From Eledone cirrhosa (lineage: Eukaryota), in the NCBI GenBank assembly GCA_964016885.1, contig OZ024757.1:8246001-8310000 (forward strand): a stretch of 64,000 nt of DNA, given 5' to 3'. Under the pieces are notes generated by a model that did no database searches, was not told the origin of the DNA, and saw only the letters and a list, made by a program, of their open reading frames with translations. The first letter of the stretch is position 1. Every line of letters starts with the position of its first letter. Shown here one piece after another: positions 50,291 through 64,000 of the stretch. The position numbers were made by a program, and so were the translations under genes.

Positions 50291-50356
50291 TTATTTCACC
50301 TGTAGAGAACCTTGTCTCTCAGCCAGGCATAACAATAGACACTGTCTCCAACGAAC
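50291..50356 (+). CDS. 66-nt repeat exon 10 (synonymous CCG>CCA)
   Basis: Same splice sites; one silent change. Confidence 0.72.
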
Positions 50357-50803
50357 GTAAGTTTTATTTCAAACACACTTTCTATTAGTCTGTACAGAGA
50401 ACTATGACACGTATTTCAACATTAATGTCAAATCGAGATTACATCATATATTTGTAAACATGAAAGTCTACATATTGTGTATGCTGGAACTGATGAATAA
50501 AATAGTGTGTATATATATATATAAGTGAAGTCATGCTAGTGTTTTGCGTATGTTGATCTGTACATATATGTATATTGGGTTGTATATAACATTAACGAGT
50601 AACAGTTTGTGTGTGTTTCTCCGTTGGTTTGGTGGCTTTTTGAGTGTGTGAACCATGTGTGTGCGTGTGTGACTGTGAGATTCTGTGTACACACACGGTA
50701 TGCGTGTGTATGTAAGAATACATTTTAGTTATAACGACTGTTATCAAGATTAGAGAAAATTCAGTAGTAAATGTATATTTACGAGGAAGCTAAACGCCGT
50801 GTT

Positions 50804-50906
<103 letters not shown>

Positions 50907-51747
50907 TTGGTAAGGACATGGTAACTTGTTTCTTTTTGTGTTCGGACCTGGTGTATTTATCAGTATATCAGAGATAATGAATCTAATAACTGTTTTCTGT
51001 ATTTGTAATATAAATTTGTATATATATACATACAGTTTTACTATTATTTTGTTTATGTTTTCTAGCTGACGCTTCATATTTGTCTTCTCGAAGTGCAACA
51101 CTCAAGACCAAACTTGCCGAAAAGAGTAAGTTATTAATTTACAATTATCTATTAATTATTCAGAAACTTATTTATGTTTTGATCAGTAAATGTATAACTA
51201 CTTATTTCAGTCAAGAATATTATATTACAATCTCCCTAACATAATCAAGGATAAACATTTTATTGACCTTGATCCTTAGAGACATTACAATGAGGTCAAA
51301 AGTAAAGATACACTTTTTCAGGCTATTATCAGAGTTATCTATGAAAAAATGACATTTCTGGTTAAAAAGAGAAGATGAATGTTGCACAAGATACTTTGAG
51401 GTAGATGGAATAATCTCACAGATCAGAGTTCTCATCTTTAACAAAATTTCCTCCGACACTTCTTCACTATTTCAGATCTTCCTTCGTTGTTCATACTCCT
51501 TATCCTCGTATGACTAGATCAGCTATTGCTCTACATATTTGGTTATCCCATCATATATATTTGTTCTTTATGCACATATCGAAACTACCATATTTGTCTC
51601 ATAATTCCAGACAGCCCATATATAACTAAATGGGTCTAGGTAATTCAAAATACAACGTCTTATTCTAACATTTCTTCAAATTGATAACAAACTCTTCCCA
51701 AGAAAAGCTTCTTGTATTCCTATTATTTTCTTCCATATTTCTTCCAG

Positions 51748-51813
51748 TTATTTCACCTGTAGAGAACCTTGTCTCTCAGCCGGGCATAACAATAGACACT
51801 GTCTCCAACGAAC
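51748..51813 (+). CDS. 66-nt repeat exon 11
   Basis: Same sequence and splice sites as exon 5. Confidence 0.72.
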
Positions 51814-52265
51814 GTAAGTTTTATTTCAAACACACTTTCTATTAGTCTGTACAGAGAACTATGACACGTGTTTCAACATTAATGTCAAATCGAGATTACA
51901 TCATATATTTGTAAACATGAAAGTCTACATATTGTGTATGCTGGAACTGATGAATAAAATAGTGTGTATATATATATATAAGTGAAGTCATGCTAGTGTT
52001 TTGCGTATGTTGATCTGTACATATATGTATATTGGGTTGTATATAACATTAACGAGTAACAGTTTGTGTGTTTCTCCGTTGGTTTGGTGGCTTTTTGAGT
52101 GTGTGAACCATGTGTGTGCGTGTGTGACTGTGAGATTCTGTGTACACACACGGTATGCGTGTGTATGTAAGAATACATTTTAGTTATAACGACCGTTATC
52201 AAGATTAGAGAAAATTCAGTAGTAAATGTATATTTACGAAGAAGCTAAGAAGCCGTGTTCCTATA

Positions 52266-52309
<44 letters not shown>

Positions 52310-53170
52310 AAAATGTATATATATATATTTGGTAAGGACATGGTAACTTCGGTTCTTTTTGTGTTTGGACCTGGTGTATTTATCAGTATATCAGAGATAA
52401 TGAATCTAATAACTCTTTTCTGTATTTGTAATATAAATTTGTATATATATACATACAGTTTTACTATTATTTTGTTTATGTTTTCTAGCTGACGCTTCAT
52501 ATTTGTCTTCTCGAAGTGCAACACTCAAGACCAAACTTTCCGAAAAGAGTAAGTTATTAATTTAAAATTATCTATTAATTATTCAGAAACTTATTTATGT
52601 TTTGATCAGTAAATGTATAACTACTTATTTCAGTCAAGAATATTATATTACAATCTCCCTAACATAATCAAGGATAAACATTTTATTGACCTTGATCCTT
52701 AGAGACATTACAATGAGGTCAAAAGTAAAGATACACTTTTTCAGGCTATTATCAGAGTTATCTATGAAAAAATGACATTTCTGGTTAAAAAGAGAAGATG
52801 AATGTTGCACAAGATACTTTGAGGTAGATGGAATAATCTCACAGATCAGAGTTCTCATCTTTAACAAAATTTCCTCCGACACTTCTTCACTATTTCAGGT
52901 CTTCCTTCGTTGTTCATACTCCTTATCCTCGTATGACTAGATCAGCTATTGCTCTACATATTTGGTTATCCCATCATATATATTTGTTCTTTATGCACAT
53001 ATCGAAACTACCATATTTGTCTCATAATTCCAGACAGCCCATATATAACTAAATGGGTCTAGGTAATTCAAAATACAACGTCTTATTCTAACATTTCTTC
53101 AAATTGATAACAAACTCTTCCCAAGAAAAGCTTCTTGCATTCCTATTATTTTCTTCCATATTTCTTCCAG

Positions 53171-53236
53171 TTATTTCACCTGTAGAGAACCTTGTCTCTC
53201 AGCCGGGCATAACAATAGACACTGTCTCCAACGAAC
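53171..53236 (+). CDS. 66-nt repeat exon 12
   Basis: Same sequence and splice sites as exon 5. Confidence 0.72.
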
Positions 53237-53690
53237 GTAAGTTTTATTTCAAACACACTTTCTATTAGTCTGTACAGAGAACTATGACACGTGTTTCAAC
53301 ATTAATGTCAAATCGAGATTACATCATATATTTGTAAACATGAAAGTCTACATATTGTGTATGCTGGAAATGATGAATAAAATAGTGTGTATATATATAT
53401 ATAAGTGAAGTCATGCTAGTGTTTTGCGTATGTTGATCTGTACATATATGTATATTGGGTTGTATATAACATTAACGAGTAACAGTTTGTGTGTGTTTCT
53501 CCGTTGGTTTGGTGGCTTTTTGAGTGTGTGAACCATGTGTGTGCGTGTGTGACTGTGAGATTCTGTGTACACACACGGTATGCGTGTGTATGTAAGAATA
53601 CATTTTAGTTATAACGACTGTTATCAAGATTAGAGAAAATTCAGTAGTAAATGTATATTTACGAAGAAGCTAAGAAGCCGTGTTCCTATA

Positions 53691-53734
<44 letters not shown>

Positions 53735-54595
53735 AAAATGTATATATATATATTTGGTAAGGACATGGTAACTTCGGTTCTTTTTGTGTTTGGACCTGGT
53801 GTATTTATCAGTATATCAGAGATAATGAATCTAATAACTGTTTTCTGTATTTGTAATATAAATTTGTATATATATACATACAGTTTTACTATTATTTTGT
53901 TTATGTTTTCTAGCTGACGCTTCATATTTGTCTTCTCGAAGTGCAACACTCAAGACCAAACTTGCCGAAAAGAGTAAGTTATTAATTTAAAATTATCTAT
54001 TAATTATTCAGAAACTTATTTATGTTTTGATCAGTAAATGTATAACTACTTATTTCAGTCAAGAATATTATATTACAATCTCCCTAACATAATCAAGGAT
54101 AAACATTTTATTGACCTTGATCCTTAGAGACATTACAATGAGGTCAAAAGTAAAGATACACTTTTTCAGGCTATTATCAGAGTTATCTATGAAAAAATGA
54201 CATTTCTGGTTAAAAAGAGAAGATGAATGTTGCACAAGATACTTTGAGGTAGATGGAATAATCTCACAGATCAGAGTTCTCATCTTTAACAAAATTTCCT
54301 CCGACACTTCTTCACTATTTCAGGTCTTCCTTCGTTGTTCATACTCCTTATCCTCGTATGACTAGATCAGCTATTGCTCTACATATTTGGTTATCCCATC
54401 ATATATATTTGTTCTTTATGCACATATCGAAACTACCATATTTGTCTCATAATTCCAGACAGCCCATATATAACTAAATGGGTCTAGGTAATTCAAAATA
54501 CAACGTCTTATTCTAACATTTCTTCAAATTGATAACAAACTCTTCCCAAGAAAAGCTTCTTGCATTCCTATTATTTTCTTCCATATTTCTTCCAG

Positions 54596-54661
54596 TTATT
54601 TCACCTGTAGAGAACCTTGTCTCTCAGCCGGGCATAACAATAGACACTGTCTCCAACGAAC
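54596..54661 (+). CDS. 66-nt repeat exon 13
   Basis: Same sequence and splice sites as exon 5. Confidence 0.72.
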
Positions 54662-55115
54662 GTAAGTTTTATTTCAAACACACTTTCTATTAGTCTGTAC
54701 AGAGAACTATGACACGTGTTTCAACATTAATGTCAAATCGAGATTACATCATATATTTGTAAACATGAAAGTCTACATATTGTGTATGCTGGAAATGATG
54801 AATAAAATAGTGTGTATATATATATATAAGTGAAGTCATGCTAGTGTTTTGCGTATGTTGATCTGTACATATATGTATATTGGGTTGTATATAACATTAA
54901 CGAGTAACAGTTTGTGTGTGTTTCTCCGTTGGTTTGGTGGCTTTTTGAGTGTGTGAACCATGTGTGTGCGTGTGTGACTGTGAGATTCTGTGTACACACA
55001 CGGTATGCGTGTGTATGTAAGAATACATTTTAGTTATAACGACTGTTATCAAGATTAGAGAAAATTCAGTAGTAAATGTATATTTACGAAGAAGCTAAGA
55101 AGCCGTGTTCCTATA

Positions 55116-55157
<42 letters not shown>

Positions 55158-56018
55158 AAAATGTATATATATATATTTGGTAAGGACATGGTAACTTCGG
55201 TTCTTTTTGTGTTTGGACCTGGTGTATTTATCAGTATATCAGAGATAATGAATCTAATAACTGTTTTCTGTATTTGTAATATAAATTTGTATATATATAC
55301 ATACAGTTTTACTATTATTTTGTTTATGTTTTCTAGCTGACGCTTCATATTTGTCTTCTCGAAGTGCAACACTCAAGACCAAACTTGCCGAAAAGAGTAA
55401 GTTATTAATTTAAAATTATCTATTAATTATTCAGAAACTTATTTATGTTTTGATCAGTAAATGTATAACTACTTATTTCAGTCAAGAATATTATATTACA
55501 ATCTCCCTAACATAATCAAGGATAAACATTTTATTGACCTTGATCCTTAGAGACATTACAATGAGGTCAAAAGTAAAGATACACTTTTTCAGGCTATTAT
55601 CAGAGTTATCTATGAAAAAATGACATTTCTGGTTAAAAAGAGAAGATGAATGTTGCACAAGATACTTTGAGGTAGATGGAATAATCTCACAGATCAGAGT
55701 TCTCATCTTTAACAAAATTTCCTCCGACACTTCTTCACTATTTCAGGTCTTCCTTCGTTGTTCATACTCCTTATCCTCGTATGACTAGATCAGCTATTGC
55801 TCTACATATTTGGTTATCCCATCATATATATTTGTTCTTTATGCACATATCGAAACTACCATATTTGTCTCATAATTCCAGACAGCCCATATATAACTAA
55901 ATGGGTCTAGGTAATTCAAAATACAACGTCTTATTCTAACATTTCTTCAAATTGATAACAAACTCTTCCCAAGAAAAGCTTCTTGCATTCCTATTATTTT
56001 CTTCCATATTTCTTCCAG

Positions 56019-56084
56019 TTATTTCACCTGTAGAGAACCTTGTCTCTCAGCCGGGCATAACAATAGACACTGTCTCCAACGAAC
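56019..56084 (+). CDS. 66-nt repeat exon 14
   Basis: Same sequence and splice sites as exon 5. Confidence 0.72.
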
Positions 56085-56532
56085 GTAAGTTTTATTTCAA
56101 ACACACTTTCTATTAGTCTGTACAGAGAACTATGACACGTGTTTCAACATTAATGTCAAATCGAGATTACATCATATATTTGTAAACATGAAAGTCTACA
56201 TATTGTGTATGCTGGAACTGATGAATAAAATAGTGTGTATATATATATATAAGTGAAGTCATGCTAGTGTTTTGCGTATGTTGATCTGTACATATATGTA
56301 TATTGGGTTGTATATAACATTAACGAGTAACAGTTTGTGTGTGTTTCTCCGTTGGTTTGGTGGCTTTTTGAGTGTGTGAACCATGTGTGTGCGTGTGTGA
56401 CTGTGAGATTCTGTGTACACACACGGTATGCGTGTGTATGTAAGAATACATTTTAGTTATAACGACTGTTATCAAGATTAGAGAAAAATCAGTAGTAAAT
56501 GTATATTTACGAGGAAGCTAAGACGCCGTGTT

Positions 56533-56621
<89 letters not shown>

Positions 56622-57462
56622 TTGGTAAGGACATGGTAACTTGTTTCTTTTTGTGTTCGGACCTGGTGTATTTATCAGTATATCAGAGATAATGAATCTA
56701 ATAACTGTTTTCTGTATTTGTAATATAAATTTGTATATATATACATACAGTTTTACTATTATTTTGTTTATGTTTTCTAGCTGACGCTTCATATTTGTCT
56801 TCTCGAAGTGCAACACTCAAGACCAAACTTTCCGAAAAGAGTAAGTTATTAATTTAAAATTATCTATTAATTATTCAGAAACTTATTTATGTTTTGATCA
56901 GTAAATGTATAACTACTTATTTCAGTCAAGAATATTATATTACAATCTCCCTAACATAATCAAGGATAAACATTTTATTGACCTTGATCCTTAGAGACAT
57001 TACAATGAGGTCAAAAGTAAAGATACACTTTTTCAGGCTATTATCAGAGTTATCTATGAAAAAATGACATTTCTGGTTAAAAAGAGAAGATGAATGTTGC
57101 ACAAGATACTTTGAGGTAGATGGAATAATCTCACAGATCAGAGTTCTCATCTTTAACAAAATTTCCTCCGACACTTCTTCACTATTTCAGGTCTTCCTTC
57201 GTTGTTCATATTCCTTATCCTCGTATGACTAGATCAGCTATTGCTCTACATATTTGGTTATCCGATCATATATATTTGTTCTTTATGCACATATCGAAAC
57301 TACCATATTTGTCTCATAATTCCAGACAGCCCATATATAACTAAATGGGTCTAGGTAATTCAAAATACAACGTCTTATTCTAACATTTCTTCAAATTGAT
57401 AACAAACTCTTCCCAAGAAAAGCTTCTTGCATTCCTATTATTTTCTTCCATATTTCTTCCAG

Positions 57463-57528
57463 TTATTTCACCTGTAGAGAACCTTGTCTCTCAGCCGGGC
57501 ATAACAATAGACACTGTCTCCAACGAAC
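57463..57528 (+). CDS. 66-nt repeat exon 15
   Basis: Same sequence and splice sites as exon 5. Confidence 0.72.
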
Positions 57529-57976
57529 GTAAGTTTTATTTCAAACACACTTTCTATTAGTCTGTACAGAGAACTATGACACGTGTTTCAACATTAATGT
57601 CAAATCGAGATTACATCATATATTTGTAAACATGAAAGTCTACATATTGTGTATGCTGGAACTGATGAATAAAATAGTGTGTATATATATATATAAGTGA
57701 AGTCATGCTAGTGTTTTGCGTATGTTGATCTGTACATATATGTATATTGGGTTGTATATAACATTAACGAGTAACAGTTTGTGTGTGTTTCTCCGTTGGT
57801 TTGGTGGCTTTTTGAGTGTGTGAACCATGTGTGTGCGTGTGTGACTGTGAGATTCTGTGTACACACACGGTATGCGTGTGTATGTAAGAATACATTTTAG
57901 TTATAACGACTGTTATCAAGATTAGAGAAAAATCAGTAGTAAATGTATATTTACGAGGAAGCTAAGACGCCGTGTT

Positions 57977-58053
<77 letters not shown>

Positions 58054-58894
58054 TTGGTAAGGACATGGTAACTTGTTTCTTTTTGTGTTCGGACCTGGTG
58101 TATTTATCAGTATATCAGAGATAATGAATCTAATAACTGTTTTCTGTATTTGTAATATAAATTTGTATATATATACATACAGTTTTACTATTATTTTGTT
58201 TATGTTTTCTAGCTGACGCTTCATATTTGTCTTCTCGAAGTGCAACACTCAAGACCAAACTTTCCGAAAAGAGTAAGTTATTAATTTAAAATTATCTATT
58301 AATTATTCAGAAACTTATTTATGTTTTGATCAGTAAATGTATAACTACTTATTTCAGTCAAGAATATTATATTACAATCTCCCTAACATAATCAAGGATA
58401 AACATTTTATTGACCTTGATCCTTAGAGACATTACAATGAGGTCAAAAGTAAAGATACACTTTTTCAGGCTATTATCAGAGTTATCTATGAAAAAATGAC
58501 ATTTCTGGTTAAAAAGAGAAGATGAATGTTGCACAAGATACTTTGAGGTAGATGGAATAATCTCACAGATCAGAGTTCTCATCTTTAACAAAATTTCCTC
58601 CGACACTTCTTCACTATTTCAGGTCTTCCTTCGTTGTTCATACTCCTTATCCTCGTATGACTAGATCAGCTATTGCTCTACATATTTGGTTATCCCATCA
58701 TATATATTTGTTCTTTATGCACATATCGAAACTACCATATTTGTCTCATAATTCCAGACAGCCCATATATAACTAAATGGGTCTAGGTAATTCAAAATAC
58801 AACGTCTTATTCTAACATTTCTTCAAATTGATAACAAACGCTTCCCAAGAAAAGCTTCTTGCATTCCTATTATTTTCTTCCATATTTCTTCCAG

Positions 58895-58960
58895 TTATTT
58901 CACCTGTAGAGAACCTTGTCTCTCAGCCAGGCATAACAATAGACACTGTCTCCAACGAAC
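58895..58960 (+). CDS. 66-nt repeat exon 16 (synonymous CCG>CCA)
   Basis: Same splice sites; one silent change. Confidence 0.72.
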
Positions 58961-59408
58961 GTAAGTTTTATTTCAAACACACTTTCTATTAGTCTGTACA
59001 GAGAACTATGACACGTATTTCAACATTAATGTCAAATCGAGATTACATCATATATTTGTAAACATGAAAGTCTACATATTGTGTATGCTGGAACTGATGA
59101 ATAAAATAGTGTGTATATATATATATAAGTGAAGTCATGCTAGTGTTTTGCGTATGTTGATCTGTACATATATGTATATTGGGTTGTATATAACATTAAC
59201 GAGTAACAGTTTATGTGTGTTTCTCCGTTGGTTTGGTGGCTTTTTGAGTGTGTGAACCATGTGTGTGCGTGTGTGACTGTGAGATTCTGTGTACACACAC
59301 GGTATGCGTGTGTATGTAAGAATAAATTTTAGTTATAACGACTGTTATCAAGATTAGAGAAAAATCAGTAGTAAATGTATATTTACGAGGAAGCTAAGAC
59401 GCCGTGTT

Positions 59409-59523
<115 letters not shown>

Positions 59524-60364
59524 TTGGTAAGGACATGGTAACTTGTTTCTTTTTGTGTTCGGACCTGGTGTATTTATCAGTATATCAGAGATAATGAATC
59601 TAATAACTGTTTTCTGTATTTGTAATATAAATTTGTATATATATACATACAGTTTTACTATTATTTTGTTTATGTTTTCTAGCTGACGCTTCATATTTGT
59701 CTTCTCGAAGTGCAACACTCAAGACCAAACTTGCCGAAAAGAGTAAGTTATTAATTTAAAATTATCTATTAATTATTCAGAAACTTATTTATGTTTTGAT
59801 CAGTAAATGTATAACTACTTATTTCAGTCAAGAATATTATATTACAATCTCCCTAACATAATCAAGGATAAACATTTTATTGACCTTGATCCTTAGAGAC
59901 ATTACAATGAGGTCAAAAGTAAAGATACACTTTTTCAGGCTATTATCAGAGTTATCTGTGAAAAAATGACATTTCTGGTTAAAAAGAGAAGATGAATGTT
60001 GCACAAGATACTTTGGGGTAGATGGAATAATCTCACAGATCAGAGTTCTCATCTTTAACAAAATTTCCTCCGACACTTCTTCACTATTTCAGGTCTTCCT
60101 TCGTTGTTCATACTCCTTATCCTCGTATGACTAGATCAGCTATTGCTCTACATATTTGGTTATCCCATCATATATATTTGTTCTTTATGCACATATCGAA
60201 ACTACCATATTTGTCTCATAATTCCAGACAGCCCATATATAACTAAATGGGTCTAGGTAATTCAAAATACAACGTCTTATTCTAACATTTCTTCAAATTG
60301 ATAACAAACTCTTCCCAAGAAAAGCTTCTTGCATCCCTATTATTTTCTTCCATATTTCTTCCAG

Positions 60365-60430
60365 TTATTTCACCTGTAGAGAACCTTGTCTCTCAGCCGG
60401 GCATAACAATAGACACTGTCTCCAACGAAC
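60365..60430 (+). CDS. 66-nt repeat exon 17
   Basis: Same sequence and splice sites as exon 5. Confidence 0.72.
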
Positions 60431-60884
60431 GTAAGTTTTATTTCAAACACACTTTCTATTAGTCTGTGCAGAGAACTATGACACGTGTTTCAACATTAAT
60501 GTCAAATCGAGATTACATCATATATTTGTAAACATGAAAGTCTACATATTGTGTATGCTGGAACTGATGAATAAAAGAGTGTGTATATATATATATAAGT
60601 GAAGTCATGCTAGTGTTTTGCGTATGTTGATCTGTACATATATGTATATTGGGTTGTATATAACATTAACGAGTAACAGTTTGTGTGTGTTTCTCCGTTG
60701 GTTTGGTGGCTTTTTGAGTGTGTGAACCATGTGTGTGCGTGTGTGACTGTGAGATTCTGTGTACACACACGGTATGCGTGTGTATGTAAGAATACATTTT
60801 AGTTATAACGACTGTTATCAAGATTAGAGAAAATTCAGTAGTAAATGTATATTTACGAAGAAGCTAAGACGCCGTTACCCTATA

Positions 60885-60970
<86 letters not shown>

Positions 60971-61840
60971 TATATAGATATATATATATATATATATATT
61001 TGGTAAGGACATGGTAACTTGTTTCTTTTTGTGTTCGGACCTGGTGTATTTATCAGTATATCAGAGATAATGAATCTAATAACTGTTTTCTGTATTTGTA
61101 ATATAAATTTGTATATATATACATACAGTTTTACTATTATTTTGTTTATGTTTTCTAGCTGACGCTTCATATTTGTCTTCTCGAAGTGCAACACTCAAGA
61201 CCAAACTTGCCGAAAAGAGTAAGTTATTAATTTAAAATTATCTATTAATTATTCAGAAACTTATTTATGTTTTGATCAGTAAATGTATAACTACTTATTT
61301 CAGTCAAGAATATTATATTACAATCTCCCTAACATAATCAAGGATAAACATTTTATTGACCTTGATCCTTAGAGACATTACAATGAGGTCAAAAGTAAAG
61401 ATACACTTTTTCAGGCTATTATCAGAGTTATCTATGAAAAAATGACATTTCTGGTTAAAAAGAGAAGATGAATGTTGCACAAGATACTTTGGGGTAGATG
61501 GAATAATCTCACAGATCAGAGTTCTCATCTTTAACAAAATTTCCTCCGACACTTCTTCACTATTTCAGGTCTTCCTTCGTTGTTCATACTCCTTATCCTC
61601 GTATGACTAGATCAGCTATTGCTCTACATATTTGGTTATCCCATCATATATATTTGTTCTTTATGCACATATCGAAACTACCATATTTGTCTCATAATTC
61701 CAGACAGCCCATATATAACTAAATGGGTCTAGGTAATTCAAAATACAACGTCTTATTCTAACATTTCTTCAAATTGATAACAAACTCTTCCCAAGAAAAG
61801 CTTCTTGCATTCCTATTATTTTCTTCCATATTTCTTCCAG

Positions 61841-61906
61841 TTATTTCACCTGTAGAGAACCTTGTCTCTCAGCCGGGCATAACAATAGACACTGTCTCCA
61901 ACGAAC
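61841..61906 (+). CDS. 66-nt repeat exon 18
   Basis: Same sequence and splice sites as exon 5. Confidence 0.72.
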
Positions 61907-62360
61907 GTAAGTTTTATTTCAAACACACTTTCTATTAGTCTGTGCAGAGAACTATGACACGTGTTTCAACATTAATGTCAAATCGAGATTACATCATATA
62001 TTTGTAAACATGAAAGTCTACATATTGTGTATGCTGGAACTGATGAATAAAAGAGTGTGTATATATATATATAAGTGAAGTCATGCTAGTGTTTTGCGTA
62101 TGTTGATCTGTACATATATGTATATTGGGTTGTATATAACATTAACGAGTAACAGTTTGTGTGTGTTTCTCCGTTGGTTTGGTGGCTTTTTGAGTGTGTG
62201 AACCATGTGTGTGCGTGTGTGACTGTGAGATTCTGTGTACACACACGGTATGCGTGTGTATGTAAGAATACATTTTAGTTATAACGACTGTTATCAAGAT
62301 TAGAGAAAATTCAGTAGTAAATGTATATTTACGAAGAAGCTAAGACGCCGTTTTCCTATA

Positions 62361-62452
<92 letters not shown>

Positions 62453-63322
62453 TATATAGATATATAGATATATATATATATTTGGTAAGGACATGGTAAC
62501 TTGTTTCTTTTTGTGTTCGGACCTGGTGTATTTATCAGTATATCAGAGATAATGAATCTAATAACTGTTTTCTGTATTTGTAATATAAATTTGTATATAT
62601 ATACATACAGTTTTACTATTATTTTGTTTATGTTTTCTAGCTGACGCTTCATATTTGTCTTCTCGAAGTGCAACACTCAAGACCAAACTTGCCGAAAAGA
62701 GTAAGTTATTAATTTAAAATTATCTATTAATTATTCAGAAACTTATTTATGTTTTGATCAGTAAATGTATAACTACTTATTTCAGTCAAGAATATTATAT
62801 TACAATCTCCCTAACATAATCAAGGATAAACATTTTATTGACCTTGATCCTTAGAGACATTACAATGAGGTCAAAAGTAAAGATACACTTTTTCAGGCTA
62901 TTATCAGAGTTATCTATGAAAAAATGACATTTCTGGTTAAAAAGAGAAGATGAATGTTGCACAAGATACTTTGAGGTAGATGGAATAATCTCACAGATCA
63001 GAGTTCTCATCTTTAACAAAATTTCCTCCGACACTTCTTCACTATTTCAGGTCTTCCTTCGTTGTTCATACTCCTTATCCTCGTATGACTAGATCAGCTA
63101 TTGCTCTACATATTTGGTTATCCCATCATATATATTTGTTCTTTATGCACATATCGAAACTACCATATTTGTCTCATAATTCCAGACAGCCCATATATAA
63201 CTAAATGGGTCTAGGTAATTCAAAATACAACGTCTTATTCTATCATTTCTTCAAATTGATAACAAACTCTTCCCAAGAAAAGCTTCTTGCATTCCTATTA
63301 TTTTCTTCCATATTTCTTCCAG

Positions 63323-63388
63323 TTATTTCACCTGTAGAGAACCTTGTCTCTCAGCCAGGCATAACAATAGACACTGTCTCCAACGAAC
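63323..63388 (+). CDS. 66-nt repeat exon 19 (synonymous CCG>CCA)
   Basis: Same splice sites; one silent change. Confidence 0.72.
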
Positions 63389-63840
63389 GTAAGTTTTATT
63401 TCAAACACACTTTCTATTAGTCTGTACAGAGAACTATGACACGTGTTTCAACATTAATGTCAAATCGAGATTACATCATATATTTGTAAACATGAAAGTC
63501 TACATATTGTGTATGCTGGAACTGATGAATAAAATAGTGTGTATATATATATATGTGAAGTCATGCTAGTGTTTTGCGTATGTTGATCTGTACATATATG
63601 TATATTGTGTTGTATATAACATTAATGAGTAACAGTTTGTGTGTGTTTCTCCGTTGGTTTGGTGGCTTTTTGAGTGTGTGAACCATGTGTGTGCGTGTGT
63701 GACTGTGAGATTCTGTGTACACACACGGTATGCGTGTGTATGTACGAATACATTTTAGTTATAACGACTGTTATCAAGATTAGAGAAAATTCAGTAGTAA
63801 ATGTATATTTACGAAGAAGCTAAGACGCCGTGTTCCTATA

Positions 63841-63939
<99 letters not shown>

Positions 63940-64000
63940 TTGGTAAGGACATGGTAACTTCGGTTCTTTTTGTGTTCGGACCTGGTGTATTTATCAGTAT

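Overview
Eukaryotic, AT- and microsatellite-rich animal DNA. The SINE family, the microsatellite density and the C2H2-bearing RTE suggest an octopus/cephalopod genome, but that is inference. There are no rRNA, tRNA or CRISPR loci. The left half (1-~33 kb) is a cluster of non-LTR retroelements: three R4/Dong-like RLE elements, three Tx1/L1-like APE elements, an RTE remnant with three C-terminal C2H2 fingers, a Penelope-like RT and a CRE-like element with an N-terminal PHD finger. Most junctions in the first 21 kb fall in (TTA)n/(TAA)n tracts. The right half (~37.8-64 kb) looks like a ~1.42-1.48 kb satellite, but each unit carries one 66-nt, phase-1/phase-1 exon (polypyrimidine-CAG | 66 nt | GTAAGT). 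These exons can splice in frame onto a 226-nt first coding exon at 33991-34216. I therefore read 33.9-64 kb as the 5' part of a + strand gene that the ORF track cannot show. It would encode an Arg/Cys-rich N-terminus followed by at least 18 spliceable 22-aa repeats (LISPVENLVSQPGITIDTVSNE), with one further copy whose donor has become a TGA stop. The gene model rests on sequence signals only and needs transcript evidence.
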